64,000 nt of DNA, taken from positions 62,001-126,000 of the forward strand of contig NMRA01000270.1 in NCBI GenBank assembly GCA_002633005.1, written 5' to 3'. This document shows positions 13,201 to 25,200 of this stretch, one piece after another. Below the pieces are notes generated by a model. It was not told where the DNA came from. It saw nothing but the letters and a program-made list of their open reading frames with translations, and ran no database searches. A program made the position numbers and the translations under genes. The stretch is from Phoronis australis. Its lineage: Eukaryota > Animalia > Phoronida. Positions within the stretch are counted from its first letter, which is position 1. Each line of letters begins with the position of its first letter.

Positions 13201-16200
13201 AACATCATGCGCGCTTGAAACAGTCGATGTGCACCTTGCGCCGACAAAAATCGGTCGGACTAAGAAAAAAAAAAAAGAAACGTTACCACCATCAGTAGCA
13301 TGCGTCTGCGTCTTTTTATCTCGTCCATCCACTCCCACCCCCACACATTTTTGGCTGCAGAGCCGTAGTGTTTACAATCACACGAGACGCCATTGAAAAT
13401 CCAACCACGCTATCCCAAATGCCCCGGCAATGTTGACAATTTATGTTCCTCCGAAGCATAAAGAGCAACTTCCGCTTTTCGTGGTGAACGTCGTCGGCAA
13501 CGCCGCGGTAAGAAAGGACTTTGCTGCGGAAATTTTATATCAACTCCAATTTTTTTTTATGCGGACAGAACATTTGAAAAAAGCGGAAATCCGCGTTTCT
13601 GCGGAAAATTCCAAGCCCTGATTTTTGCTAATTTTATTGCTTACTATGTGGGATTAGATAATTAGAAGTTCTCAGACAATTCCTCTAACCAAGCCCCCTC
13701 ATGAGATTCGCATCGCCCGTGGGGATATTTATAATTCTTCTTAATTGCACGGAGGGTCTAAATATAAATCTGGTACGTAACGTAACGTCTCTTGGTTCAT
13801 GACAAACATTATTTGTACAACACAGCACTCATTTCAAGTGACAAGAGCAGTTTCATAGTTCGAGTTTGAAACAGAACCATGCAGTCCTATGAATGTAACT
13901 TCTGGACAGCTTGAAACTTAATGTTTCGTTGTCATAGACCTGGTAATTCACGCAGTCGTCATTTTAAAAACGGGCCACTTTTTTAGGTTAAAAAAAAACA
14001 ATGCATTTGAGACATAATTATCATAAGGCACACGAAAAACAAGTTCTGCACTGTGATTAAGCACGAAACGCATTATTTTTAAACTCACCTAAAAAGAGAC
14101 TCTTTCACTGCATGAATCGGATGAATTTCATCAACAGTGCAGTTAAACACACATTCTGGTCAGGATACTCCACAGCAGCGGACATAAACCCATCAACTCC
14201 ATTCATAGATCGCAACATTACCCGCCACCCCATTTGCCTTCCATCTGGACTTACCTTGATGCAGTACCCAAGGCAGTAATCCAGGCCTGGAGCATGCCAC
14301 GTAGGAACCACAGGGGATTCTTCCTTGTACACACAAAGTAGATCAATGGCAACGTGATAATGGCATGTATAGCCAGGCCAGTTATCACGGTTACCATGTA
14401 CATGCCCAGTTGCTTGGCAACAGCAACCATGTCTTTGATAGCCATCAACTTGCCCGCAATCAAACACATAATGCCGAATGGCGAGTACCTGTAGACAGAA
14501 ATATACCATTAATTTCTTCCTGGAAGTGCTTCTTGAGTGTCTTGGGTCTACAAAACAAACCCTAGTTACTCCAACAAGGTATCTGAGGAACGTTTACTAT
14601 CAATGCAAATTAACTTTTTTTATCTGATCCAATAAGGCCGTCCCGGATTACACAGCGATAGAACTCTTCTTTGACCTGGAGGTAAGAAAGCACGTTATTT
14701 TCGTTGGCCTAGCTTTGAAATATCAAGTACATTTTTCAAAAGTCATAACAGAAACAATCAGGTGCCCGAAACATTCCTGATTCCAAGTGTTTTAAAAGTA
14801 TCAGAATAGAAAGGTATCTAAAATATCTTTTTGTTTTCGTATTTTGCAAATTTTTTTCATGAAAGTCCCATTTCTGACAGCCCTTAATGCAAAAGTGGAA
14901 GTATTTGAAGACAACTGAGTAAAGCACAAAATTTGAAAGTTGCACGACACATTCAGCCATTTCCGATATATGGTGTTCCAAAGTTAGCCAAATTTGGACA
15001 CGTAACAGAGTTACTGCCCTCTATGGGACACTTCGGACACACAAGACAGAGTTACTTGCCCATCAGATATTTTTAATACAGAAATGCACAAAACAGTGTT
15101 ACTGACACCTACAAGACACTTTCAACAAACGAGAGTTACTGCCCCCTATGGGATACTTTGATCATACCAGACAGTGACACTGTCCCCTATGGGATACCTT
15201 GATCATACCAGACAGTGACATTGCCCCCTATGGGATACTTTGATCATACCAGACAGTGACACTGCCCCCNNNNNNNNNNNNNNNNNNNNNNNNNNNNNNN
15301 NNNNNNNNNNNTTACCACCATCACTAGCATGCGTCTGCGTCCTTTTAGCTCGTCCTTCCACACCCAACCCACACATTTTTGGCTGCAGAGCCGAAGTATT
15401 TGTCGCCGCGGTTTACAATAACACGAGACGCCATTGAAAATCCCACCACGCTTACCCAGATGCCCCGGCAATGTTGACAATTTACGTTCCTCCGAAACAT
15501 AAAGAGCAACTTCCGCTTTTCGAGGTGAACGTCGTCTGCAACGCCGCAGTAAGAAAGGAATTTGCCTCGGAAATTTTATATAAAATCCGATTTTTTTTAC
15601 GCGGAAATATAATAAAATGCGCGGACAGAACATTTTAAAAAAGCGGAAATCCGCGTTTCCGTGGAAAATTCCAAGCCCTGGATTAACCACTGACATCAAC
15701 CATACAATAACCTAAAGAAAGAATAACTAACTCATGTCATTTGCATGTAGTGGCCAGAAAACATGATGGATATGATGGTATGTTCTACAAAAGACATTCG
15801 CATGTTTGATCCACAGATATGAACAGGGATGATGTCAGTGACAATCAAGGAAGATAGTTGTTTTCATTTTTGCTAATTTTATTGCTTACTATGTGGGATT
15901 AGATAATTAGAAGTTCTCAGACAATTCCTCTAACCAAGCCCCCTCATGAGATTTGCATTGCCCGTGGGGATATTTATAAGTGCACAGAGGGTCTAGATAT
16001 GAATCTGGTACGTAACGTAACGTCTCTTGGTTCATGACAAACATTACTTGTACAACACAGCACTCATTTCAAGTGACAAGAGCAGTTTCATAGTTCGAGT
16101 TTGAAACAGAACCAGTCCTATGAATGTAACTTCTGGACAGCTTGAAACTTAATATTTTGTAGTCATAGACCTGCTTATTCACGCAGTCATCATTTTAAAA

Positions 16201-19200
16201 ACGGGCCACTTTTTTAGGTTAAAAAGAAACAATGCATGTGAGACATAATTATCATGAGGCACGCTAAAAACAAGTTCTGCACTGTGATTAAGCGCGAAAC
16301 GCATTATTTTTAAACTCACCTAAAAAGAGACTCTTTATAATATGGCGACTGCATGAATCGGATGTATTTCATCAACAGTGCAGTTAAACACACATTCTGG
16401 TCAGGATACTCCACAGTAGCGGACATAAACCCATCAACTCCATTCATAGATCGCAACATTACCTGCCACCCCATTTACCGTCAATCTGGACTTACCTTGA
16501 TGCAGTACCCAAGGCAGTAATCCAGGCCTGGAGCATGCCACGTAGGAACCACAGGGGATTCTTCCTTGTACACACAAAGTAGATCAATGGCAACGTGATA
16601 ATGGCATGTATAGCCAGGCCAGTTATCACGGTTACCATGTACATGCCCAGTTGCTTGGCAACAGCAACCATGTCTTTGATAGCCATCAACTTGCCCGCAA
16701 TCAAACACATAATGCCGAATGGCGAGTACCTGTAGACAGAAATATACCATTAATTTCTTCCTGGAAGTGCTTCTTGAGTGTCTTGGGTCTACAAAACAAA
16801 CCCTAGTTACTCCAACAAGGTATCTGAGGAACGTTTACTATCAATGCAAATTAACTTTTTTTATCTGATCCAATAAGGCCGTCCCGGATTACACAGCGAT
16901 AGAACTCTTCTTTGACCTGGAGGTAAGAAAGCACGTTATTTTCGTTGGCCTAGCTTTGAAATATCAAGTACATTTTTCAAAAGTCATAACAGAAACAATC
17001 AGGTGCCCGAAACATTCCTGATTCCAAGTGTTTTAAAAGTATCAGAATAGAAAGGTATCTAAAATATCTTTTTGTTTTCGTATTTTGCAAATTTTTTTCA
17101 TGAAAGTCCCATTTCTGACAGCCCTTAATGCAAAAGTGGAAGTATTTGAAGACAACTGAGTAAAGCACAAAATTTGAAAGTTGCACGACACATTCAGCCA
17201 TTTCCGATATATGGTGTTCCAAAGTTAGCCAAATTTGGACACGTAACAGAGTTACTGCCCTCTATGGGACACTTCGGACACACAAGACAGAGTTACTTGC
17301 CCATCAGATATTTTTAATACAGAAATGCACAAAACAGTGTTACTGACACCTACAAGACACTTTCAACAAACGAGAGTTACTGCCCCCTATGGGATACTTT
17401 GATCATACCAGACAGTGACACTGTCCCCTATGGGATACCTTGATCATACCAGACAGTGACATTGCCCCCTATGGGATACTTTGATCATACCAGACAGTGA
17501 CACTGCCCCCAATGGAATACTTTGATCATACCAGAAAGTGACACTGCCCCCTATGGGATACTTTGATCATACCAGACAATGACACTGCCACTTATGCGAC
17601 ACTTTTCAGACAAGACAGCGTTAAGCTAACCCCTTTGCAATTTAGCACATTCTAAAATTTCCCACAACCAAAATTATTTAACAAAAACAACACTTTTACC
17701 CATCTCTTAATTCGAACATAGTGCAGAAGTTCACATGTTTACTTTCTATTCATTTGCACATCCCTAGTGAACCCATGCTGACCTGTTTCTAACATTTTCT
17801 GCACCAATAATTAGCTACGATTATCATGTTTACTTTCTATTCATTCGTACATCCCTAGTGAGCACATCCGGACCTATTTCTAAAATTTTGCACACCAATT
17901 ATTATCCCCAATCATGTTTACATTCTATTCATTTGCACATCCTTGAGAGCATGCTAACGTATTTATAAAACGGACTTTCCTACTCACATTAGTGCCAAAA
18001 CATGGACTTTTCCATTTATTCACACATTGGTTGCCAACGATTATTTTACTTTTCATTCATTTCGAACACTGGCTGTATGATATTTCCAGCTATTCAATTG
18101 CTTTGTTTTATTTTGTGCGAAATTGTAGAGCGGTTACCGTACTGGGCACCATGGGACACTCTTAATAAACTATACAACATTTCTGCCCCCTATGGGACAC
18201 TTTCAACACACAAGAGAGTGTACTGACCCCTATAGGACACCTTCAACACATACACTATTGTTTAGATTGACACTCACCACATAATGATGTGAACCAGTCG
18301 CATGATTACTTCATTCAGTTCACAGAAGAAGTCCAGCATCACACGAGCTCTCTCTCCTAGTTTGCTTACAATGATACCAAAAGCAATACAGAAGGCTATA
18401 ATTCCTGTAATAAGAAAATGTCGAATGTTAATGGCACACACCTCAAAGCACCAATAACCCCACCTTCCATTACAAAAAACAACTTTTGGTTTGACCACTT
18501 TCTGTACTGAAACTTTGATGGTCTCAAAATGTTCCTTCATCAAGTTGGAGGAGACTTCAGGGCTTCAAAAGCGCTGACCACTCGACTTAGACTCTACAAA
18601 GTGGCTTGTCACAGCATGTCACCCTAAGACCAGATTCTACAAAGTGGCTTGTCACAGCATGTCATCCTAAGACCAGACTCTACAAAGTGACTTGTCACAG
18701 CATGTCACCCTAAGACCAGACTCTACAAAGTGGCTTGTCACAGCATGTCATCCTAAGACCAGACTCTACAAAGTGGCTTGTCACAGCATGTCATCTTATG
18801 AGTCAAACCATTGGTCTCAAGGAATACACAACTGCCAGTTTGTTCCAAGATCAACAAGAGCAACGCAGAGCGTTGAAATGCGCCCACGAATGCATCGCAA
18901 ATGGTGTGCTTTTAGGGTTATTTATTTATATCAAAAAAATGGCCACTAGATGGCGCAAAAACATACAATCCATCCAAAAACAGGAACATGCCATATTTCA
19001 GAAAAATCTGTCGAGGAACTTCAGAGAAACAAACGAAAACAGAATAAAATGGAATTGCCATTTGGGGGCACAGCGTCCGTTCCATCCACCTGAAAGTCTT
19101 CGTCTGTTATCTAAATATAAGTTCACTTAAGAAATTTAGTCAAGATCCTGCAGTGGGTTTTGGAGATACAGCTAAGGACGCAAAACAAAACAAAACCACC

Positions 19201-22200
19201 ACTAGGAGGCGCCACAGTAGTCAGTCACCATCATCAAACGTCCTCTTCAAACTGAAAACATATATGCCAATTTTCAAAACCATCCCTAGAATGATTTGGT
19301 TGATCGAGGGGTGGACGCCAAAAACAAGATTAGAAAACGGCAAAAATGGCCACCAGGTGGCGCAAAATAACTCGATTCCATCCAAAAACAGGAAGATAGC
19401 GTCATCTCACCAATAGATGCCTTTATTCAAAATTTTATGAAAATCTGTAGAGGACCTTTGAAGATACAGACTGCTAAACATAAAAAACTAAAACTGCCAC
19501 TAGGGGGCTCACCAGTAGTCAGACCTGTCCGAAAATCGTCTTCATCTATTGTCAACATCAAATAAATACACTTGCTAAATTAAGTAAAGACCCTGAAAAC
19601 AGTTTAATAGATACAGCCATGATTGCAAAAAAAACTGCCAATAGGAGGCAGCCCAGTAGTCAAAGTCGTCAGAAAATCATCGTCAGCCGTCCACTTAGTA
19701 GTAAAAACATACATGCCAATTTTTACAATTATCCTGAAAACGGTTTGGTTGATAGATAAGTGGACGCCAAAAAACTCGAAAAGAGTAAAAATGGCCAATA
19801 GGTGGCCCAAACTAGGTCGAATTCATCTGAAAACGGAGAGATAGCTACATCTCATTAATAGATGCCTATATGCCAAATTTTATGACAATACGATGAGGAC
19901 CTTTGAAGATACAGAGGTAAACGTAAAAAAATAAAACTGCCACTAGGTGGCACACCAGTTGTCAGATCTGTCCAAAAGTCGTCGTCTGTTGTTAACATCA
20001 TATAAATATACTTACTAAATTTCGTAAAGATCCTGCAAACGGTTTAGGAGATACAGCCATAGGTGCAAAAAAAAACTGCCACTAGGATGCGCCACAGTAG
20101 TCAAAATCGTCGGAAAATCATCGTCAACCGTCCCCTTCATAGTAAGCACACACACGCCAATTTTCACAATCATCCTTTGAGCGGTTTAGTTGATAGAGGG
20201 GTGGACGCAAAGAAACAGACTCGAAAACAGTAAAAATGGCCACTGGGTGGCGCAAACTACGTCGAATCCACCCGAAAACAGGAGGATAGCGTCATCTCAA
20301 TAATAGGTGCCTACATACCAAATTTCATGAAAATCTGTTAAGGACTTTTGAAGATACAAAGGTAAGCGTAAAAAACTAAAATTGCCACTAGGAGGCACAC
20401 CAGTAGTCAGATTCGTTTGAAAGTTCGCTCATGCCGTCCCATCTATAAAAGGAACACATATGCAAAATTTCATGAATATACCTCAATCGGTTTTGGAGAT
20501 AGAGCAGCGAACGCCAGACGCCACCCGAACAGATGGACGGACGGATGCAGATGACGGCATAATGCGTCCACACAGAAATATGTGGGCGCATAAAAATCAC
20601 GTCTTATCTGAGTAAGGAACAAGATGATACCAATTTTGTAGCGGTAGGTGGTCTAAATTAAACTTCACTTCTCGGACGGAACGCGGCGGGTTTGTAGCCA
20701 CTTCAAGTTTGACATCACATCAGAACAGGTTACTGTTTTTGCTTATCACTGTAGTTATCAAGTGTTGACAATGAGTGTTCAAAATTTAATATGAAGTTAA
20801 ATCCAGTGCTCCAAGCTTGCCTTCAATCAAACCAAATAAAAAAATATTGCAGACAATGAAGCAAGATTCGATTAATTACAGCATTAGACAATTACAACAA
20901 CCTCCATTTTGGACATCTCTCTGAATATGAAGCCGATTTTGCACTTTCGGAATAAAACCATTACACCCACTTGAAAAGCATGAGGAACCCAGTACAGGTA
21001 AAATTGACAGTCAGATGATGATTTTCTCAAGGTTCAAGTTTACTAATGTGAACTTAATAGCCCATTAATTCAGTCCTACTGCTTGGGCTGCTTGGTCACC
21101 AGTGTATTCCTCATTATGTCATAAAACTATATGTGCCTGCTGTTTGTTGGCAGCCCAGCCAGAGAGCTCTATTGTATTGGCAGGGAACGAGTAATTAAAA
21201 CTTGCACCTCAGTTCCCAAATTTAATTGGGTTTTGGCTTGAATTTTTACCTGTACTAGGTCCGTCATGAGCATTTTAAAAGTAGAGTAACAGTTAAAAGC
21301 GTAAAACAATCTTGGAAATCACTGGAAACCATCAACAACACCTTACCCAGCACATTAGGTCCCTGACTAAAGACAAGTTTCTTGGTCCTCTTAAAGCCTG
21401 GTGCAGGGGTCCCCGTTCCATTGGTTACATTCAGCGTGTATTCCACCATTGTGTCTAGAATCTCAATCGCTTCCACGCTTAAGTTGCCCGTAATGTTGGG
21501 ACTTGGCTTGATGGGAACGTCTTTATATATAGTTTTCTGGTTCATGAAACACGCTTGGAATAAGTTCTCAGGGACTAAGTTCCTGCAAAAGAAGTTTGAA
21601 AGCCAGAGTAAGAAATCTGATAATCTCAACTGGTCTAATCCATTCCACCAACAGGCTACGCCTCAACCATAAGTACAATCACGCTTTTTCAGCAATACGT
21701 CTGGAGCCCTGCCAAACTATTTGGAGCATAATATGGAAACTTCATGCTAAAACTCTATATTCTACAAGTTCTTGTAGCTGTTAGAGTGTAGCACCTACCG
21801 CAGCCTAGCTAGTTACAACATGGGCGGCGCATCATGGGCACCATAGAGGGCTATAGCCATAACTTATTTCAGTGCTGCGCCGCCCATGTACAAGGCAGCA
21901 TAACAATGACTTTCAGCCACACAGATAGTTGGCTAGCTACACTTATTAATAAACAATTAGAAAATTCGAAGATTTAATCGAGTTGAACTTGAAACCAAAA
22001 TAACTAATACAAACACCTGCATGCCACTTCTTCAATATTCAAATGAGGCAAAATGCGTCAATATGTGCTATCATCAGCTGACATTGTTTTCAGTGACCTG
22101 AGTTAGCAGCATTTCACACACTATATACACACACACCCCTTTAAGAGTCACATTTCGCGTTGCTATTCACAACACTATATTATGAACAAGCTTTTTGTCG

Positions 22201-25200
22201 AGGGAAAGGACATCTATAAACTACATTGGCTGACCTTCCCAACGACTAGTGATCATAGTAAAAACAGCAGTCATGGCAGCACTTCTTAACAAAATTGAGT
22301 ACAATTTCATACAATATTGTTCATGTTACAGTTGACTGAATTGGAAAATAAACCATGAACATGTTCAATCAGCCATGCTTTCATTGTTCAAGGTGTCGAT
22401 TGAGTACCCCGCCAGTAATTTTCGTTTCAGTATTGGGTACAGTACCGGCACCAAGAAGCAGTGTCTAACATTGCATTCTATAGAAGGGTACTAAATTGAA
22501 GTAATTTTTGCTTGATTTCATCAAGAGCATGCAGTTGCAATAATTGTCTGTGAATGCTTTTTCGTTAAGAAGAAAGACTTACACACAAATAAATTAAGAC
22601 ATAAAAAGAAATGAATTGATCAAATAAACGTGCAATTTGAATAACAGTTCAACCAAACCTTATAACATCTAGGAAAGCATCCAATGTGTTCAGGTTCTGA
22701 GTAGTATCAATGTCAGAATCATAAGGCTGGGAGTCAGCCACTCTGAGCTTGGGGTCACCGGGGTGGATGACAATGACAAGAATGATACCCAAGACGGCCG
22801 CCATGACTGTGGTGGAAAAGTAGTAGAGAAGTACACGACTGCCCAACTTGCCAAAGGCTTGGGCATCCAGTCGAGCTAGACCTGCAGGGAAGAGGGAAAC
22901 GTCATTGCACCACCAGCCAATCTGCTAGCTTACTATGTTAGTCATAACATTGACAGCAATTTTACTCAATTAAAGCCACCACCTACAGACACATTAAATG
23001 ACGAGTACTTCCTTATAGAAAGAGTATTAGCCCTCAGAATTTTAAAAGATATCATTAAGCAGAATGTAGTTCATTGCAGTTGCAAAATTTCGAGAAATTT
23101 CACACTTTGAAACAGAAGAGACCAATGCACCTGAAACTAGTCTCTTCATGACCGATGATCAAATCTCTGTATTTGGAATCCCACTACGAAAGTTTTGACA
23201 TTTTCCATTCTTTTTCTGTGCAAACTCAAGATATGCGTCTCAGTTGTTCTTTGCTAATCTAAGAGCACATTACGTTTTCTGCCGACGATTGCCTATTCCT
23301 AGTTATCACTTGACGACCCCAACAATAAAGTTATAAGTTTGAGTCTGAACTCAAAATTTCGAGTTTTCATTTAACGTATAAATATCATCTTTTTCAGTGA
23401 GGCGTGGAATATGTTGCAAGTTGTTTATCCAGTTCAATCCGCCATCTTTTTGATCACATCACGTGACCTAATGAATATAAGCCCGAAAAGATTTCTGCCC
23501 CCGACCGGGACTCGAACCCAGGACCTTCTGCTAATCTCGACTTTTTACTGTTGATGCACCAATTACTGCATCAAGGAGTCTAAATAATCCTGACACATGT
23601 CAAACTTCCCTTCTCTCAAGGAGAAAAGCACAGGAAAATGCCTAGCTTGAAATATTATCTTTATTTTGGGTAAGGGCATAGTTACACGCTTCTGAAAATT
23701 TGAAGTATTTACCATTGCATTATTTTGCCTGAACAAAATTGGTGCACATAAGCAACGTCAGCTCCGACAAAGGGGCTTTTCTGCAATAATGTACCTTTTT
23801 CATATACTTAAAAGGATACTTAGCCCTGTTTTGATGATTTCAACCAATCCTTGTAGCAATCAATTGCTGAGTCAGTACAAAAATTCTAAGCAAGACCAAG
23901 CTTTGGGCCACGTACCTGCAATCATACTGGACACAACCAGCGGTATGATCAACATTTTTAGGAACCTCATCAACAAGTCACCAGGGAAGTTCACCAGCAT
24001 GATGGCGTCATCGCTAGGATCGGTCAGACGTAGACAGAGGCCGAGAATTGTACCAAGGAATACCCCGGCTATGGTCAACACTAGTAGAAGGTTAGTCTTA
24101 CACCAGTCTGCAGTCTAGAAGCAGTAACCAATTCAGTGTGAAACAGTAATGCACGGAGGGCTCTTAACTTCTAAACTTCAATTTGTACATAAAATAAAAC
24201 TCAGATTTCAAACCATTGAAGAACTGTCTCACTCTCACATACCAGGAATTTTCTAGACCCGTGAAGTTTTAAGGGATAAGTGCAAGAACCATAGTATTAA
24301 TTTTCCGTTGGTTAAAAGATTAATAGCGTTGCCCTGTATAATATTGAATGGCATAGTATGTTTTTGCATGGACAACTGCAGTGACTCAATAAAAATTAAA
24401 AGAGGAAGTCATGCTAGAACGAGATAAGAATCAAACCCAAAACTCTTTACAAAGTTTTTGGTTTGAGCAAGTCACCTAACCAGTTTTATAAATCCACTTC
24501 AGTTTTCCAACCATTGGCTGCAGATCAAAGGATTCCCTCTATTCAGGGAGTCATGAGCAGGGATAATTGGCTTTACTCATGCAGAGGTAATCAGGTGATA
24601 ATGACATACTACAGGATCAGTCTTTAAAGTAAATTTGGCTGTAAAGTTTGTAAACCAAATTAAAACCTTTTGCTGATTGAAGCCATGAATGGTTCAAATT
24701 AACCCTTAGGAGCCAACCCTAAAATGGCTCATACCTTATAGACCTAATTCACACAGGGAACATTGAAATCCAAAGTATTATGCTGAATGCAAGGTTATGT
24801 TTCTTCTTGTAAATTGTTGATAAAAAATGCTTTCTACACGAACCAGGTCATCTGCTCGTATTGTTGACGAGTTGGAGATATATTCGACAGTAGTGGCACA
24901 TCGCATTTTGCCGTCATGTGCAATTAGTCACATCTGATTTAATTTGTTGATCAAGAATATTAACATGATAGCCTAGGTCCTGGCGATGTAGGGACTACCA
25001 GAACTAACAGTTGATTTGTCATTGATCTGAAAAAATAATTGATGTTAATAAATATTTTTTATTAAAATAAAAAACAAGGCTCAAAATTGAAAATAAAAAT
25101 TATTTGACCCTCGATTCTGCTTTCTTGGTTTTAATAATTCTTTCGTCTATTTCATGTGTTAGGTTTCAAATATCAATCTGGACCAAGTTGAATTTTAAAA

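Larger units (their letters stand above)
12952..17510. repeat. Tandem duplication (12952-15269 vs 15681-17510) around a 42-N gap; likely uncollapsed haplotypes
   Basis: 14250-15269 and 16491-17510 look identical (offset 2241), while the lower parts differ by SNPs and indels. The gap at 15270-15311 lies between the copies. Confidence 0.85.

Noticed and set aside
14255-16729. Mutually exclusive exon pair
   Set aside because: The copies look identical, including ~780 bp of adjacent intron, and flank a gap.
17379-18795. 41- and 43-bp repeats resembling CRISPR arrays
   Set aside because: They are head-to-tail with no unique spacers, have no cas genes nearby, and lie in spliceosomal introns.
23490-23545. 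tRNA gene
   Set aside because: Only the T-arm/B-box is present, with no D-arm, anticodon arm or acceptor stem pairing.
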